Shown here one piece after another: positions 17,795 through 26,275 of a stretch of DNA of 32,000 bases. The number at the start of each line of letters is the position of its first letter. Positions within the stretch are counted from its first letter, which is position 1. The notes beneath the pieces are model-generated. The model was not told the origin of the DNA. It worked only from the letters and a program-made list of their open reading frames with translations, and ran no database searches. The position numbers and the translations under genes were made by a program. The stretch spans positions 1,260,001-1,292,000 of the forward strand of contig NC_016070.1 in the NCBI RefSeq assembly GCF_000253055.1, given 5' to 3'. This DNA is from Thermoproteus tenax Kra 1 (GTDB lineage: Archaea > Thermoproteota > Thermoprotei > Thermoproteales > Thermoproteaceae).

Positions 17795-18304
17795 ATGTCA
17801 GGCGAGGAGACAGGAGGCGAGGAGAAGCCGTTGAAGAGGCCGCCGTTGCAGAGGACGCCGCAACAGCCCCCTCCGCCCCCTCCGCCTCAACCAATGCCTC
17901 AAGCCCAACAGCCGTTGCCGCCGCCCCCGCCTCCTCCGCCGCCCTTGACGGCCACAGGTCCCTACCCTTACCCATATCCGCCTAGGGCCACCCAACGCGC
18001 ATATCCTCCGCCTCCTCCGCCGCCTCTTCAGACGCAGCCTGCGCCCTCCCAACAAGTCCCTCCGCCTTCGCCCGCTAGAAGGCCGCAGACGGCAAGCGCC
18101 ACTACAGCGGCGCCACAAATATTGCCCCTCGTGGGGGCCGTGGTGGGTCTTGTGGGAGCGGCTCTGGGCGTCATGGCCTTTGTGCTCTCTTTAGGCGATC
18201 TGGGCCGCGCCGTTGAGATGCTGGCCGTGTCGCTGGCGGCCACCGATGTGGTGTTGGCCTTGGCCCTATTCACTCTGTGGAGGGCTTTCTTCAGAAAGAG
18301 GTGA
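17795..18304 (+). CDS. Proline-rich membrane protein: disordered poly-Pro N-terminus plus two transmembrane helices
   Basis: QQPPPPPPPQP, PPPPPPPPPL, PPPPPPPLQ tracts then hydrophobic ILPLVGAVVGLVGAALGVMAFVLSL and MLAVSLAATDVVLALALFTLW; TATA box actttttta 25 nt before ATG 17795. Confidence 0.7.
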   Translation: MSGEETGGEEKPLKRPPLQRTPQQPPPPPPPQPMPQAQQPLPPPPPPPPPLTATGPYPYPYPPRATQRAYPPPPPPPLQTQPAPSQQVPPPSPARRPQTASATTAAPQILPLVGAVVGLVGAALGVMAFVLSLGDLGRAVEMLAVSLAATDVVLALALFTLWRAFFRKR

Positions 18305-18628
18305 AGGCGAGGAGCTAGGTCTCCGCAGATATGGCGTTCTAGCTGGACTGATGGGCCGCCTTACGTCGGGCGCTGGGCCTCAACCTACTCCTGCGGCATT
18401 TTGGCTTTCAGCTCTGTTGGTCTCGCGTTTATGGCGATGGAAGGTGCTCTAACCGGCCAGGTCCTTAATGACCCCTCCCCGTCTAGGCGGGGGCTGTACA
18501 GCGGCGATCTCTCCCGTTGTCCCCCTTAGGGTTAATGGGCACTCGGCGGAGCGGGCATTGTGGCGGGGCGTCCCCCCGCTCTCTTCATCTGCTCTGCCAT
18601 AAAAATATAGCTTAGAACCATCTCCGCT

Positions 18629-20398
18629 CTAAAGAGCGAGGCTTTCTGTAGCAAAAAACTCTCTGAGATATTTCCTCAACTCCTCCTCGCCCTCGGCCAA
18701 CTGGGCCCCCCTCAATATGTCCTTGAGGTTTAGGTAGAGCTCCGGCTCCAGATATCTATAGTCCAGGAAGATGAGGGCGCCTCTGTCATCCGGCGACCTA
18801 AACAGCCGACCTACCGCTTGTCTCACCTTTATAACTGCGTTATAGAGATATACAGCGCTCCACGCGGCCTCGGCTCCGAGCGTAGGAGTAAGCTCTTCGA
18901 CCCTCTTGTCCAAGAAGTAATCTCTATCGGGAAACGGCACTCCGACCACAGCTACGGCGGCCAGAAGGTTTCTCCCCTCCTTGACGTACTCAACGCCCTC
19001 GGCCAACTTCCCGCCGGCCACGGCGAAGACCGCAAACTTCTCCTCCAACGGTATGTCCTCCAAGTCTGTGTCTCTGGCCTCGACATAGAGAGGTATCTTG
19101 AACGACAAATACTTCCTCACGCCTTTTAACACGTCGTAGCTGGGAAATACGACGAGGATGCCTCCAGGCGTCTCCGTTATAACTGCGGCCAACCTCTTGG
19201 CTATTGCCTTGTACATCTCCTCTCCCCTCGACGTGAACTTAGTAGTAACCCCCTTGTCTATTATAGCAATGAAGTTACCGCTCTTGACAAATCTATCGAG
19301 CGGTACATCGAAGGTCGCCGTCGGCCTAGTTGTGGGCAGGGCCTTAAGAAATAGATCTATCGGCAGAGATCCGCTGATGAGCGCCACGGCCTTGGCCGCG
19401 TTTATCACATTGGCTATTAATCTGTTAACATCGTAGGGCACAGCCCTCAGCTTAAGTCCATCCTCTGAGGTCTCGGCCACTACTACGTATCTGCCGCTGC
19501 TCTTCAACGTCTTGACGAACTCCGCTATAGATACTATGGGCGAGTAAGGCGTTAAACCCTCGTCGATCATCCTCTTGATTACCTCCAAGGCAGACCTCTC
19601 GAGGCTCCCCGGCTCATCAAACAGAGCTAACACGTCTCCGATCGACAACGGGCCGGGCCTTATCTCACGGAGGCTCTTGGCGGCTCTATACAACATGGCC
19701 GCCACATCGCTTAGGCCGTACCGTTCTGCGTCAGATCTCGCCCTCCTTATATCGGCCTCGGTTATCTCGACGGAGTTTATAGAGGCCACCGCGTCGGGCA
19801 AAGAGTGGGCCTCGTCGACTATCAACACGCTTTTGCCCAAGTCGACCCACTGTTCAGCCCTGGGGCTGAAGACGTAGAAATATGTCGCTACAACCACTTG
19901 CGCCTCCATAGTCAACACTTTGGCCGTCTCGTACGCACAAGTGCCGGCCTCACACGCCGCCTTAATAAACGCCTTGGGAGTCAGCGGCGTCCGTAGCTCT
20001 AGGGGCTTCGGCGGATAGTATTGACATTTGCCCAAAGCCCTAAGATATCTACACTCAGCTAAAAACTCTGCGTAGGGCAAGCCTCTGAGCTCCCTGTAAC
20101 AACACATATCTTGTTTATTTCTGAGGAAGGCGACTTTCAGCTCAACCCCTTTGGACTTAAGCCTCGATAGCTCTCTGAGAGGCTGAAGCATCTCGTTCTT
20201 CACTCTGACAAGATAGAGCACCCTGGCCCCGCTCTCCTGCGCATAAGCCAAGGCGGCCGCGAGCGCTGCTGCAGTCTTACCCAACCCAGTGGGCGCGTTG
20301 GCCACAACCACTTTACCTGATCTAAATCCCTCTAGAATGGCCACCGCTAACTCTCGTTGGAATGGCCTGAACTGATCGTAGGAGAAAAAACGCTCCAC
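18629..20398 (-). CDS. xpd: XPD/Rad3-family Fe-S DNA helicase
   Basis: NAPTGLGKTAAAL, FeS-type Cys set (MCCYRE...AECRYLRALGKCQYY...GTCAYE), DEAH, GGKLAEGVEY, QAVGRLFRSPDDRG. Confidence 0.92.
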   Translation of the reverse strand: MERFFSYDQFRPFQRELAVAILEGFRSGKVVVANAPTGLGKTAAALAAALAYAQESGARVLYLVRVKNEMLQPLRELSRLKSKGVELKVAFLRNKQDMCCYRELRGLPYAEFLAECRYLRALGKCQYYPPKPLELRTPLTPKAFIKAACEAGTCAYETAKVLTMEAQVVVATYFYVFSPRAEQWVDLGKSVLIVDEAHSLPDAVASINSVEITEADIRRARSDAERYGLSDVAAMLYRAAKSLREIRPGPLSIGDVLALFDEPGSLERSALEVIKRMIDEGLTPYSPIVSIAEFVKTLKSSGRYVVVAETSEDGLKLRAVPYDVNRLIANVINAAKAVALISGSLPIDLFLKALPTTRPTATFDVPLDRFVKSGNFIAIIDKGVTTKFTSRGEEMYKAIAKRLAAVITETPGGILVVFPSYDVLKGVRKYLSFKIPLYVEARDTDLEDIPLEEKFAVFAVAGGKLAEGVEYVKEGRNLLAAVAVVGVPFPDRDYFLDKRVEELTPTLGAEAAWSAVYLYNAVIKVRQAVGRLFRSPDDRGALIFLDYRYLEPELYLNLKDILRGAQLAEGEEELRKYLREFFATESLAL

Positions 20399-20426
20399 GA
20401 GCCGTCCTCCTGGTCAGGTAAAAAGC

Positions 20427-21527
20427 TTATTGAAGAAACCTTCTCGACGTAAAAGAGGTCGATTTAAGTCTCCCAAGGCCCAAGTCGGCCGCAAGCTTGC
20501 CCATCGCGGGCCCGAAGGTCCAACCCAGTCTACATGCGCCAGTCGCGACCACAAGCCGTTCGCCTATTTTCTCCAAGATGGGGAGGCCGTCGGGCGTACA
20601 CGGCCTGTATCCGACCGCCATGTCTATAACCTCCACATCACCGAATAGTTTACGCGCGGCTTCCAACACCTTTGCCGACGGCGAATGATCCTCAGTTGAG
20701 TCTAAGTCGAATCTCCCAGTGACCTTGACCCAACCACTCAGAGGCACCACCGCGATGCCTGTGTCCGCCAAGTCTATGAACATTGCGCGCGGCCTCTGTG
20801 CAGTCTTCAGCCTATAGCCGTAGCCCTTAAACGGCGCCACTGGCGCTCCAAGTAGCTTGGCGGTCCTCCAGCCCGCCGCAACGACGACTAAATCGGCCTC
20901 GACTCTTTTGCCTGCTACGACTACGTAGCCATCGCCGATCTCGTCGGCGCTCGCCCTCACGTGCCGCGCGTCTGCCTCGGAGATCAGTCTCTCAACGGCT
21001 AAGTCCGTAGAAAGCTTGGCGGCCTCAAGATAGGCTATCGCCGGTCTCCCCTCCAGCTCTGATACCTCAAATTTGGGATTCAGAGGATCGCGTCTGAGCT
21101 CCTCGGCCTCTCGCTCAACGTCCTTGACTAGCTCGTACAACGGCTCCTCTGCGTAGTCGAAGTCGTTCTTTTCCTCGGCTAGTCTTCTGTACTCTGACCA
21201 CGAGAACTTGCCCATATCTCTGATCTGCTCCCATGTCTCAGGCCCGGGATCTCTATCGTACACTCTCGCATATGCCATCAGCCATTTTAGGTCGATGTGG
21301 CGTATCCTTGCCGCCCCCCTACTTAACATCAATAGATAGGAGGTTGGATACCCCTTGACGTTGATTCTGTTAATCTTAAACCTAGTGAACTCCAGAATGC
21401 CTGCGGCGGCTCTCGACGTCTCCCCCAAGCTCTGTTGGTCAACCACGACGACGTCAACGCCCTCCCTCCTGAGATAGTAGGCCGTGAAGAGGCCCACGAT
21501 GCCTCCGCCGACCACTATGGCCCTCAT
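20427..21527 (-). CDS. FAD-dependent amino-acid dehydrogenase/oxidase (DadA/D-proline dehydrogenase-like)
   Basis: MRAIVVGGGIVGLFTAYYLRREGVDVVVVD Rossmann motif; VGYRPCTPDGLPILE...ATGACRLGWTFGPAMGKLAADL. Confidence 0.82.
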   Translation of the reverse strand: MRAIVVGGGIVGLFTAYYLRREGVDVVVVDQQSLGETSRAAAGILEFTRFKINRINVKGYPTSYLLMLSRGAARIRHIDLKWLMAYARVYDRDPGPETWEQIRDMGKFSWSEYRRLAEEKNDFDYAEEPLYELVKDVEREAEELRRDPLNPKFEVSELEGRPAIAYLEAAKLSTDLAVERLISEADARHVRASADEIGDGYVVVAGKRVEADLVVVAAGWRTAKLLGAPVAPFKGYGYRLKTAQRPRAMFIDLADTGIAVVPLSGWVKVTGRFDLDSTEDHSPSAKVLEAARKLFGDVEVIDMAVGYRPCTPDGLPILEKIGERLVVATGACRLGWTFGPAMGKLAADLGLGRLKSTSFTSRRFLQ

Positions 21528-21608
21528 ATAATATAGCATAATGCTTGCTTAATATAATTTAGAGAGTCGGCGACGACCCTACGGGGACCTACTGAGCTGA
21601 GCCTGGCA

Positions 21609-22954
21609 TTATTCCTCCTCGCCTTCCAGTATCATTTCTCTAGCCTCTGCGACGAGAAATCCCAAGACGATCAGCCCCATGAACGTAGATACGATGCCCG
21701 GCTGTATTCCGCCTATGCTCTGTAGAGCGATGTAAGTAGTCAACACGGTGGCGGCCACGGACAACGCCAGCTCCCACCATCTTTTCGAGATCCTCTTCAG
21801 CGATATACGGAGGAGGGACAAATTGGCCGACACATGGACCACTGTGTTGGCCAACATAGCGAGGAACCCCATCGTAGTGAAGGCCGTTGAAAGGTCAGGC
21901 GCAGTTGCGACAATCGGATATAACGCGACAGCATAGAGACCTATGGCGGCCAACCCAGCGTAAAGGGGACCCGACTTGGCGTGGACTTTGTTAAACAGAG
22001 ATGGCAGGAATCCGTGATAGGACATAGCGTAGATCGTTCTGGAGGTAGCCACCATGAAGGCCAGTGTAGCCAGAATGCCGTCATTAAGCGCTGCGAAGAA
22101 CACGAAGGCGAGTGTGAGGAGGCCGAATCTGTCCGCTATCAGTTGCAACATCGAACTTCCCCCTCCTACGTAAATTATGTGATCTGCCACAGCGTATATA
22201 TCAAGCGCCGCAAGGCTACCCCCCAACAAGATCACCGTCACTACTGCAAGCGGCACGTTTCTCTTCGGGTTCTTGACCTCGCCAGAGACGGGCGTTATAG
22301 AGCCGTAGCCCGTGGGAATAGCCGCGCCGAGCAGTGTGTGCTGAGGCAAGCGCCGTGGGTACAGCCGGGGAGTTGAATGGATTATAGAACCGCCAGCCGG
22401 TCGACGCTATAAACATGAATGCGAGGGCCGCCATGATGCCCGCCTCCAAGCCGCTGGCGATCATGGCGTATTTCGCCGTAGGCTTTATGCCCAATATGAG
22501 GAACGCACGAAGATACTGCGAAGATCCCGGTCATGAGAGCTAGGGGATCGACAGATGGGCCAACGCCGAGAGTCCTAGCCAATATCTTCAGCGCAGTCTC
22601 CAAGGATATCGTGGCTGCTACTATGTATGCGGCGCCGTACACCGTTGAATATATAGTATAGATCCAACCGGTCTCAAAACCCAGCCTCTTCGTGAGAGAG
22701 TAGTACGCGTAAGTGTAATATCCGCCGGCCTTCGTGAACCTCATAGAGAGTCGGTAAACTACCAGCCCGTTGACTAACACCATCAGCGTCCCCAAGAGTA
22801 TCGCTATAGGCGCCAGTCCGCCCACTAGGGCGAACACAGCCACTCCATAGCTTAAAATGCTCAGGAAGGGCGACTGACCTCCAAAGCTTAGGAACACCAG
22901 ATCTAAAAGGCCTATCTCTCGTCTCAACTCGCTGGCCTTATCCTCGGCCTCCAT
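21609..22954 (-). pseudogene. APC-family amino-acid permease interrupted by two frameshifts
   Basis: N-term ORF 22382..22954 (EIGLLDLVFLSFGGQSPFLSI), middle in a second frame (LILGIKPTAKYAMIASGLEAGIMAALAFMFIASTGWRFYNPFNSPAVPTAL, ORF 22216..22494), C-term in a third frame (ORF 21609..22349 GYGSITPVSGEVKNPKRNVPLAVV...). Confidence 0.8.
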
Positions 22955-22984
22955 ACAGCGAGCCTCTACGGGCTAGTATTAAAA

Positions 22985-25348
22985 CTACTCAGCCTTCTCT
23001 CCCCTTACTACTCCCACGACGAATAGCGGTACCTCGAAGTCGCCGCCATAGTAGTAGAACAGTAGCGTCTTTGTTATTTCTCTGAGCAATAACATGAGGG
23101 CCCCTCTGCCGATCTTAGCGGACTCGGCGGCATCCCTCCAAGGCCTCGCTTGTAAAACCTTCGATACGAGGGCCAGCTCGAAGGGCTCGGGAAGCGAGGG
23201 TCTCTTCGGCCTGGAAGAATAGAAATATTGCGTCGTGAGGAAATAGAGTGCATCTGACACATTCTCGTAGGTCATCGGCCCTACGGCGTAGGCGACCAAC
23301 CTATCCAGTTGGTTTCTCGACAGCGCTGGCTTTGGCTCTATGTCCCAGCCCCAGTCCTCCATCAACATCTTCGCCTCCTCTGGTTTTAAATCGCTGTAGG
23401 GGCCCATGAGGGAGTGAATCAGTCTCCTTCTGAACTCCACGTTGGCGTATTGGACGAACTTAACGGCACGTTCGCTCAGAGGCTTTATCAGCAACACGCT
23501 GTATTCGCCCGAGGTGGGGTTTCTCTCAGGGGAGATGTGTATGGGGATGTAGCCGTTCTTAATCCAGAACTTGAGCAATTTATCGTAAACGCCGAAGCCT
23601 ACGCCGACCCAATCATAGGCGCGCTCCCTCGCTTCCTCCTCTACCATCTTGAGGGCCGCAGTGCCTAGCCCCATGTCCTGGGCCTCGGGGTGTGTGGCTA
23701 TCCTCACTATGCGCCATCCCTTCAGTTTTGCAAACTCGGGCAATCGCCAATATTTGAGAAATCTATCGGGTATTATGTTGCCGGGCAGTTTCAGACCTCT
23801 AAGCGCCTCCTCTATCGATGAATCGTCGAGTCCTCCCTCCTCGGCCAACTCAAGCGAGACCACAATTTTGCCGTTTTCAAGCGCCAACGCTCTGGCTGTG
23901 TGATGCGGCGCATCTAACAACATGCCCAGATCGTCGGGCTCGTTTCTGTAGTGCGCCTGTACGTAGATGCCAAAGAAGGGACGTAATCTCCTCTCGTCTT
24001 CTACTATGTCCTTAATGTATACAACTCTCCTCCTCCTGATAAGCTCGTAGTCGTCTTCGTCGAGCTTGTCCGGCTCGGCGTCGAGCAGGAAGACGTCGAA
24101 AAGCCACGCCTCAATGGGGTCCCCTCTTCCGTATCTGATGGGCTCCTTCATCTCATATATCTGCACGTCTGTATTGGGATCTTCTCTTAGGCTTTTCAAA
24201 AACCTTATGGAGAACCCTCTGCCGGCGCCCTCGTAGCCGTGGATAGTCGTTGCGAAGACTGTGCGGTCGAACTTCTGGTGAACGGAGTACAACACGGGCA
24301 GAGGAACGGCGGCTGCCTCGTCTACGGCCACTATATCAGCCCGCTCTCTTCTGAGCAGCTGATAGGGCGTAATGAAGTCCACGAAGATGCCGCGCGCCTT
24401 TATGGATTTTACCTCTCCTCCCTCCTTCTCTATGCCCGGCTTATAGCCCAACGTGCGCAATCCCTTCAAGAGAAACTCTGCCAGAGTTTCGACGTTGGCG
24501 TACTCCATAGCGCTTACGACCAACTGGACTTGCGACTTCATCTTCCTTATCCTGTGGCCGAGGCCCGCCAGGCCCAGCCCCAGCGCTGCGCTCTTCCCTC
24601 TGCCTCTATCGGCGATTAAGACCAAGGCCTTCTTCCTCTTCGGCTTCTCGTAGAGATCCTCCATTAGTCTCAACGCCTCGACTTGGTCTTGCGTCGCCGC
24701 AAGCTGATATATCTTGACTGGTATCACGGCCTTTTCCGGCACCCTTATCTCCGGCTTGATCCACTCGGGAGGCTCCGAGGCGGGCCTCTTGAGGACGTCC
24801 CCCTTCTCGACATCGTAGATTATTATACCCTCATGTTCCCACAGCTTCCTCCAGAACCTCTCCTTGGTTCTATGACGAATATCCGTGGGCTTGTACTGGG
24901 GGACTAACAACGTACCTTGGAATTTAGTGATATAGCGAGTCCATTCCTCAAGCGGCGGCACCATTAAGATGTATAACCCTCCTCCTGCCACCACTCCCCC
25001 GAGTCTCCCCACGTCGTTTGGCTTCAGGTCGTTTACCAAGTCGAGCACGGCAAAGTCGTACGTCTTTCCCAACAACTTCGGCGTGTCCTTATACGGCCTG
25101 TACTCGACCTCAAGGGAGCTCTCTCTCAAGAGGTCCCTAACATAGTTATGTCTCCTATTGCCGTCGGCATATTCGGGCTGGAACATATAGATCCCTCTGC
25201 CTCCGCCCGATGTCTCCTCGAATATTCGGAGGGCCTCCGCCGCCGCCTCGGCCAACTTCCGATCGTCCAGGCCCACTAGGGCCACGAGTCTGCGGTGGCG
25301 GGCCCTCCTAGCTTTCCCCAACTCTTGGGACAATACCTCTTTCAGCAC
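22985..25348 (-). CDS. tmcA: tRNA(Met) cytidine acetyltransferase TmcA (NAT10/Kre33 family)
   Basis: ADRGRGKSAALGLGLAGL Walker A, DEAAAVPLPVL, TIHGYEGAGRGFSIRF, GNAT part IATHPEAQDMGLGTAAL...WVGVGFG. Confidence 0.93.
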   Translation of the reverse strand: MLKEVLSQELGKARRARHRRLVALVGLDDRKLAEAAAEALRIFEETSGGGRGIYMFQPEYADGNRRHNYVRDLLRESSLEVEYRPYKDTPKLLGKTYDFAVLDLVNDLKPNDVGRLGGVVAGGGLYILMVPPLEEWTRYITKFQGTLLVPQYKPTDIRHRTKERFWRKLWEHEGIIIYDVEKGDVLKRPASEPPEWIKPEIRVPEKAVIPVKIYQLAATQDQVEALRLMEDLYEKPKRKKALVLIADRGRGKSAALGLGLAGLGHRIRKMKSQVQLVVSAMEYANVETLAEFLLKGLRTLGYKPGIEKEGGEVKSIKARGIFVDFITPYQLLRRERADIVAVDEAAAVPLPVLYSVHQKFDRTVFATTIHGYEGAGRGFSIRFLKSLREDPNTDVQIYEMKEPIRYGRGDPIEAWLFDVFLLDAEPDKLDEDDYELIRRRRVVYIKDIVEDERRLRPFFGIYVQAHYRNEPDDLGMLLDAPHHTARALALENGKIVVSLELAEEGGLDDSSIEEALRGLKLPGNIIPDRFLKYWRLPEFAKLKGWRIVRIATHPEAQDMGLGTAALKMVEEEARERAYDWVGVGFGVYDKLLKFWIKNGYIPIHISPERNPTSGEYSVLLIKPLSERAVKFVQYANVEFRRRLIHSLMGPYSDLKPEEAKMLMEDWGWDIEPKPALSRNQLDRLVAYAVGPMTYENVSDALYFLTTQYFYSSRPKRPSLPEPFELALVSKVLQARPWRDAAESAKIGRGALMLLLREITKTLLFYYYGGDFEVPLFVVGVVRGEKAE

Positions 25349-25364
25349 TTAGGAGGAGGCCCAG

Positions 25365-26273
25365 CTAAGTTAAAAAGTTAAGAAGCGCCTTCCTCTTGTC
25401 CTCCGACAGCTCGAGGGGCGCATCTATGGGCGGAGTTCCTCCCAAGAGTTTAACCGCCTCCTCTTCGTATGCAGGCAGATCCTCCCTTCTGAAGAAGATG
25501 CCGATCGGCACCTTCCCCTGAGGATCCATCGTTGGCCACTCAAGGGCGCGTTTGTAGGCTTGCTCGTAGTCAGTCGGGTCGTGTCCAACGGCCTCCAACT
25601 TGTATATGCGCGCTCTGAACCAATCGTATGTATTTACTCTGTTGAACGTCACACACGGGCTTAGTACATCGATTAAGGCGAATCCTCTGTGTTGGAGCGC
25701 GGCCTCTATTATCTCGGCCAGATGCGCGACGTCGCCGCTGAAGCCGCGGGCCACGAACGTAGCGCCGGCAGAGAGGGCGAGCGCCAGCGGATTGACAGGG
25801 AAGTCTATTGACCCGTATGGAGAAGTCTTTGTCTTAACTCCCTTCAACGTTGTCGGGGACATCTGGCCTGTGGTCAAACCGTATACTTGATTGTTGGATA
25901 CTATGTACACGACTCCGACGTTGCGCCTCGCCGCGTGTATTAAGTGGTTCAAGCCAATGCCGTACCCGTCGCCGTCTCCTCCGACTCCTATTACCTTCAG
26001 ACGCGGGTTTGCTATCTTGACGCCTGTAGCTATCGGCAACACTCTGCCGTGTATCCCATGTATGCCGTACGTCTTCATGAAGTGCGGCAACTGTGAAGAG
26101 CAGCCTATGCCTGAGACTATCACGACCTCTTCGTTTTTAGCGCCAAATTTGGCCAGAGCTCTCCGTAGGCCCTCCAGTATCCCGTAGTCGCCGCAACCGG
26201 GGCACCATATCGGCGCACGCGACACGGCGAAGTCCATGGGCTTTTTGTCGATCTGTAGCTTGATCGATGCCAT
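25365..26273 (-). CDS. 2-oxoacid:ferredoxin oxidoreductase, beta subunit
   Basis: WCPGCGDYGILEGLRRAL, GIGCSSQLPHFM, GVGGDGDGYGIGLNHLIHAARRNVGVVYIVSNNQVYGLTTGQ TPP-binding motifs. Confidence 0.92.
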   Translation of the reverse strand: MASIKLQIDKKPMDFAVSRAPIWCPGCGDYGILEGLRRALAKFGAKNEEVVIVSGIGCSSQLPHFMKTYGIHGIHGRVLPIATGVKIANPRLKVIGVGGDGDGYGIGLNHLIHAARRNVGVVYIVSNNQVYGLTTGQMSPTTLKGVKTKTSPYGSIDFPVNPLALALSAGATFVARGFSGDVAHLAEIIEAALQHRGFALIDVLSPCVTFNRVNTYDWFRARIYKLEAVGHDPTDYEQAYKRALEWPTMDPQGKVPIGIFFRREDLPAYEEEAVKLLGGTPPIDAPLELSEDKRKALLNFLT

Positions 26274-26275
26274 GG

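Noticed and set aside
18305-18628. Assignment of the interval as RNase P RNA or SRP RNA
   Set aside because: I could not find the conserved RNase P CR-I/CR-V-like strings or the SRP helix 8 core on either strand; left as unclassified.
22501-22954. Treating 22382..22954 and 21609..22349 as two separate transport genes
   Set aside because: The third-frame segment bridges them into one continuous APC permease, so frameshifting explains the arrangement better.
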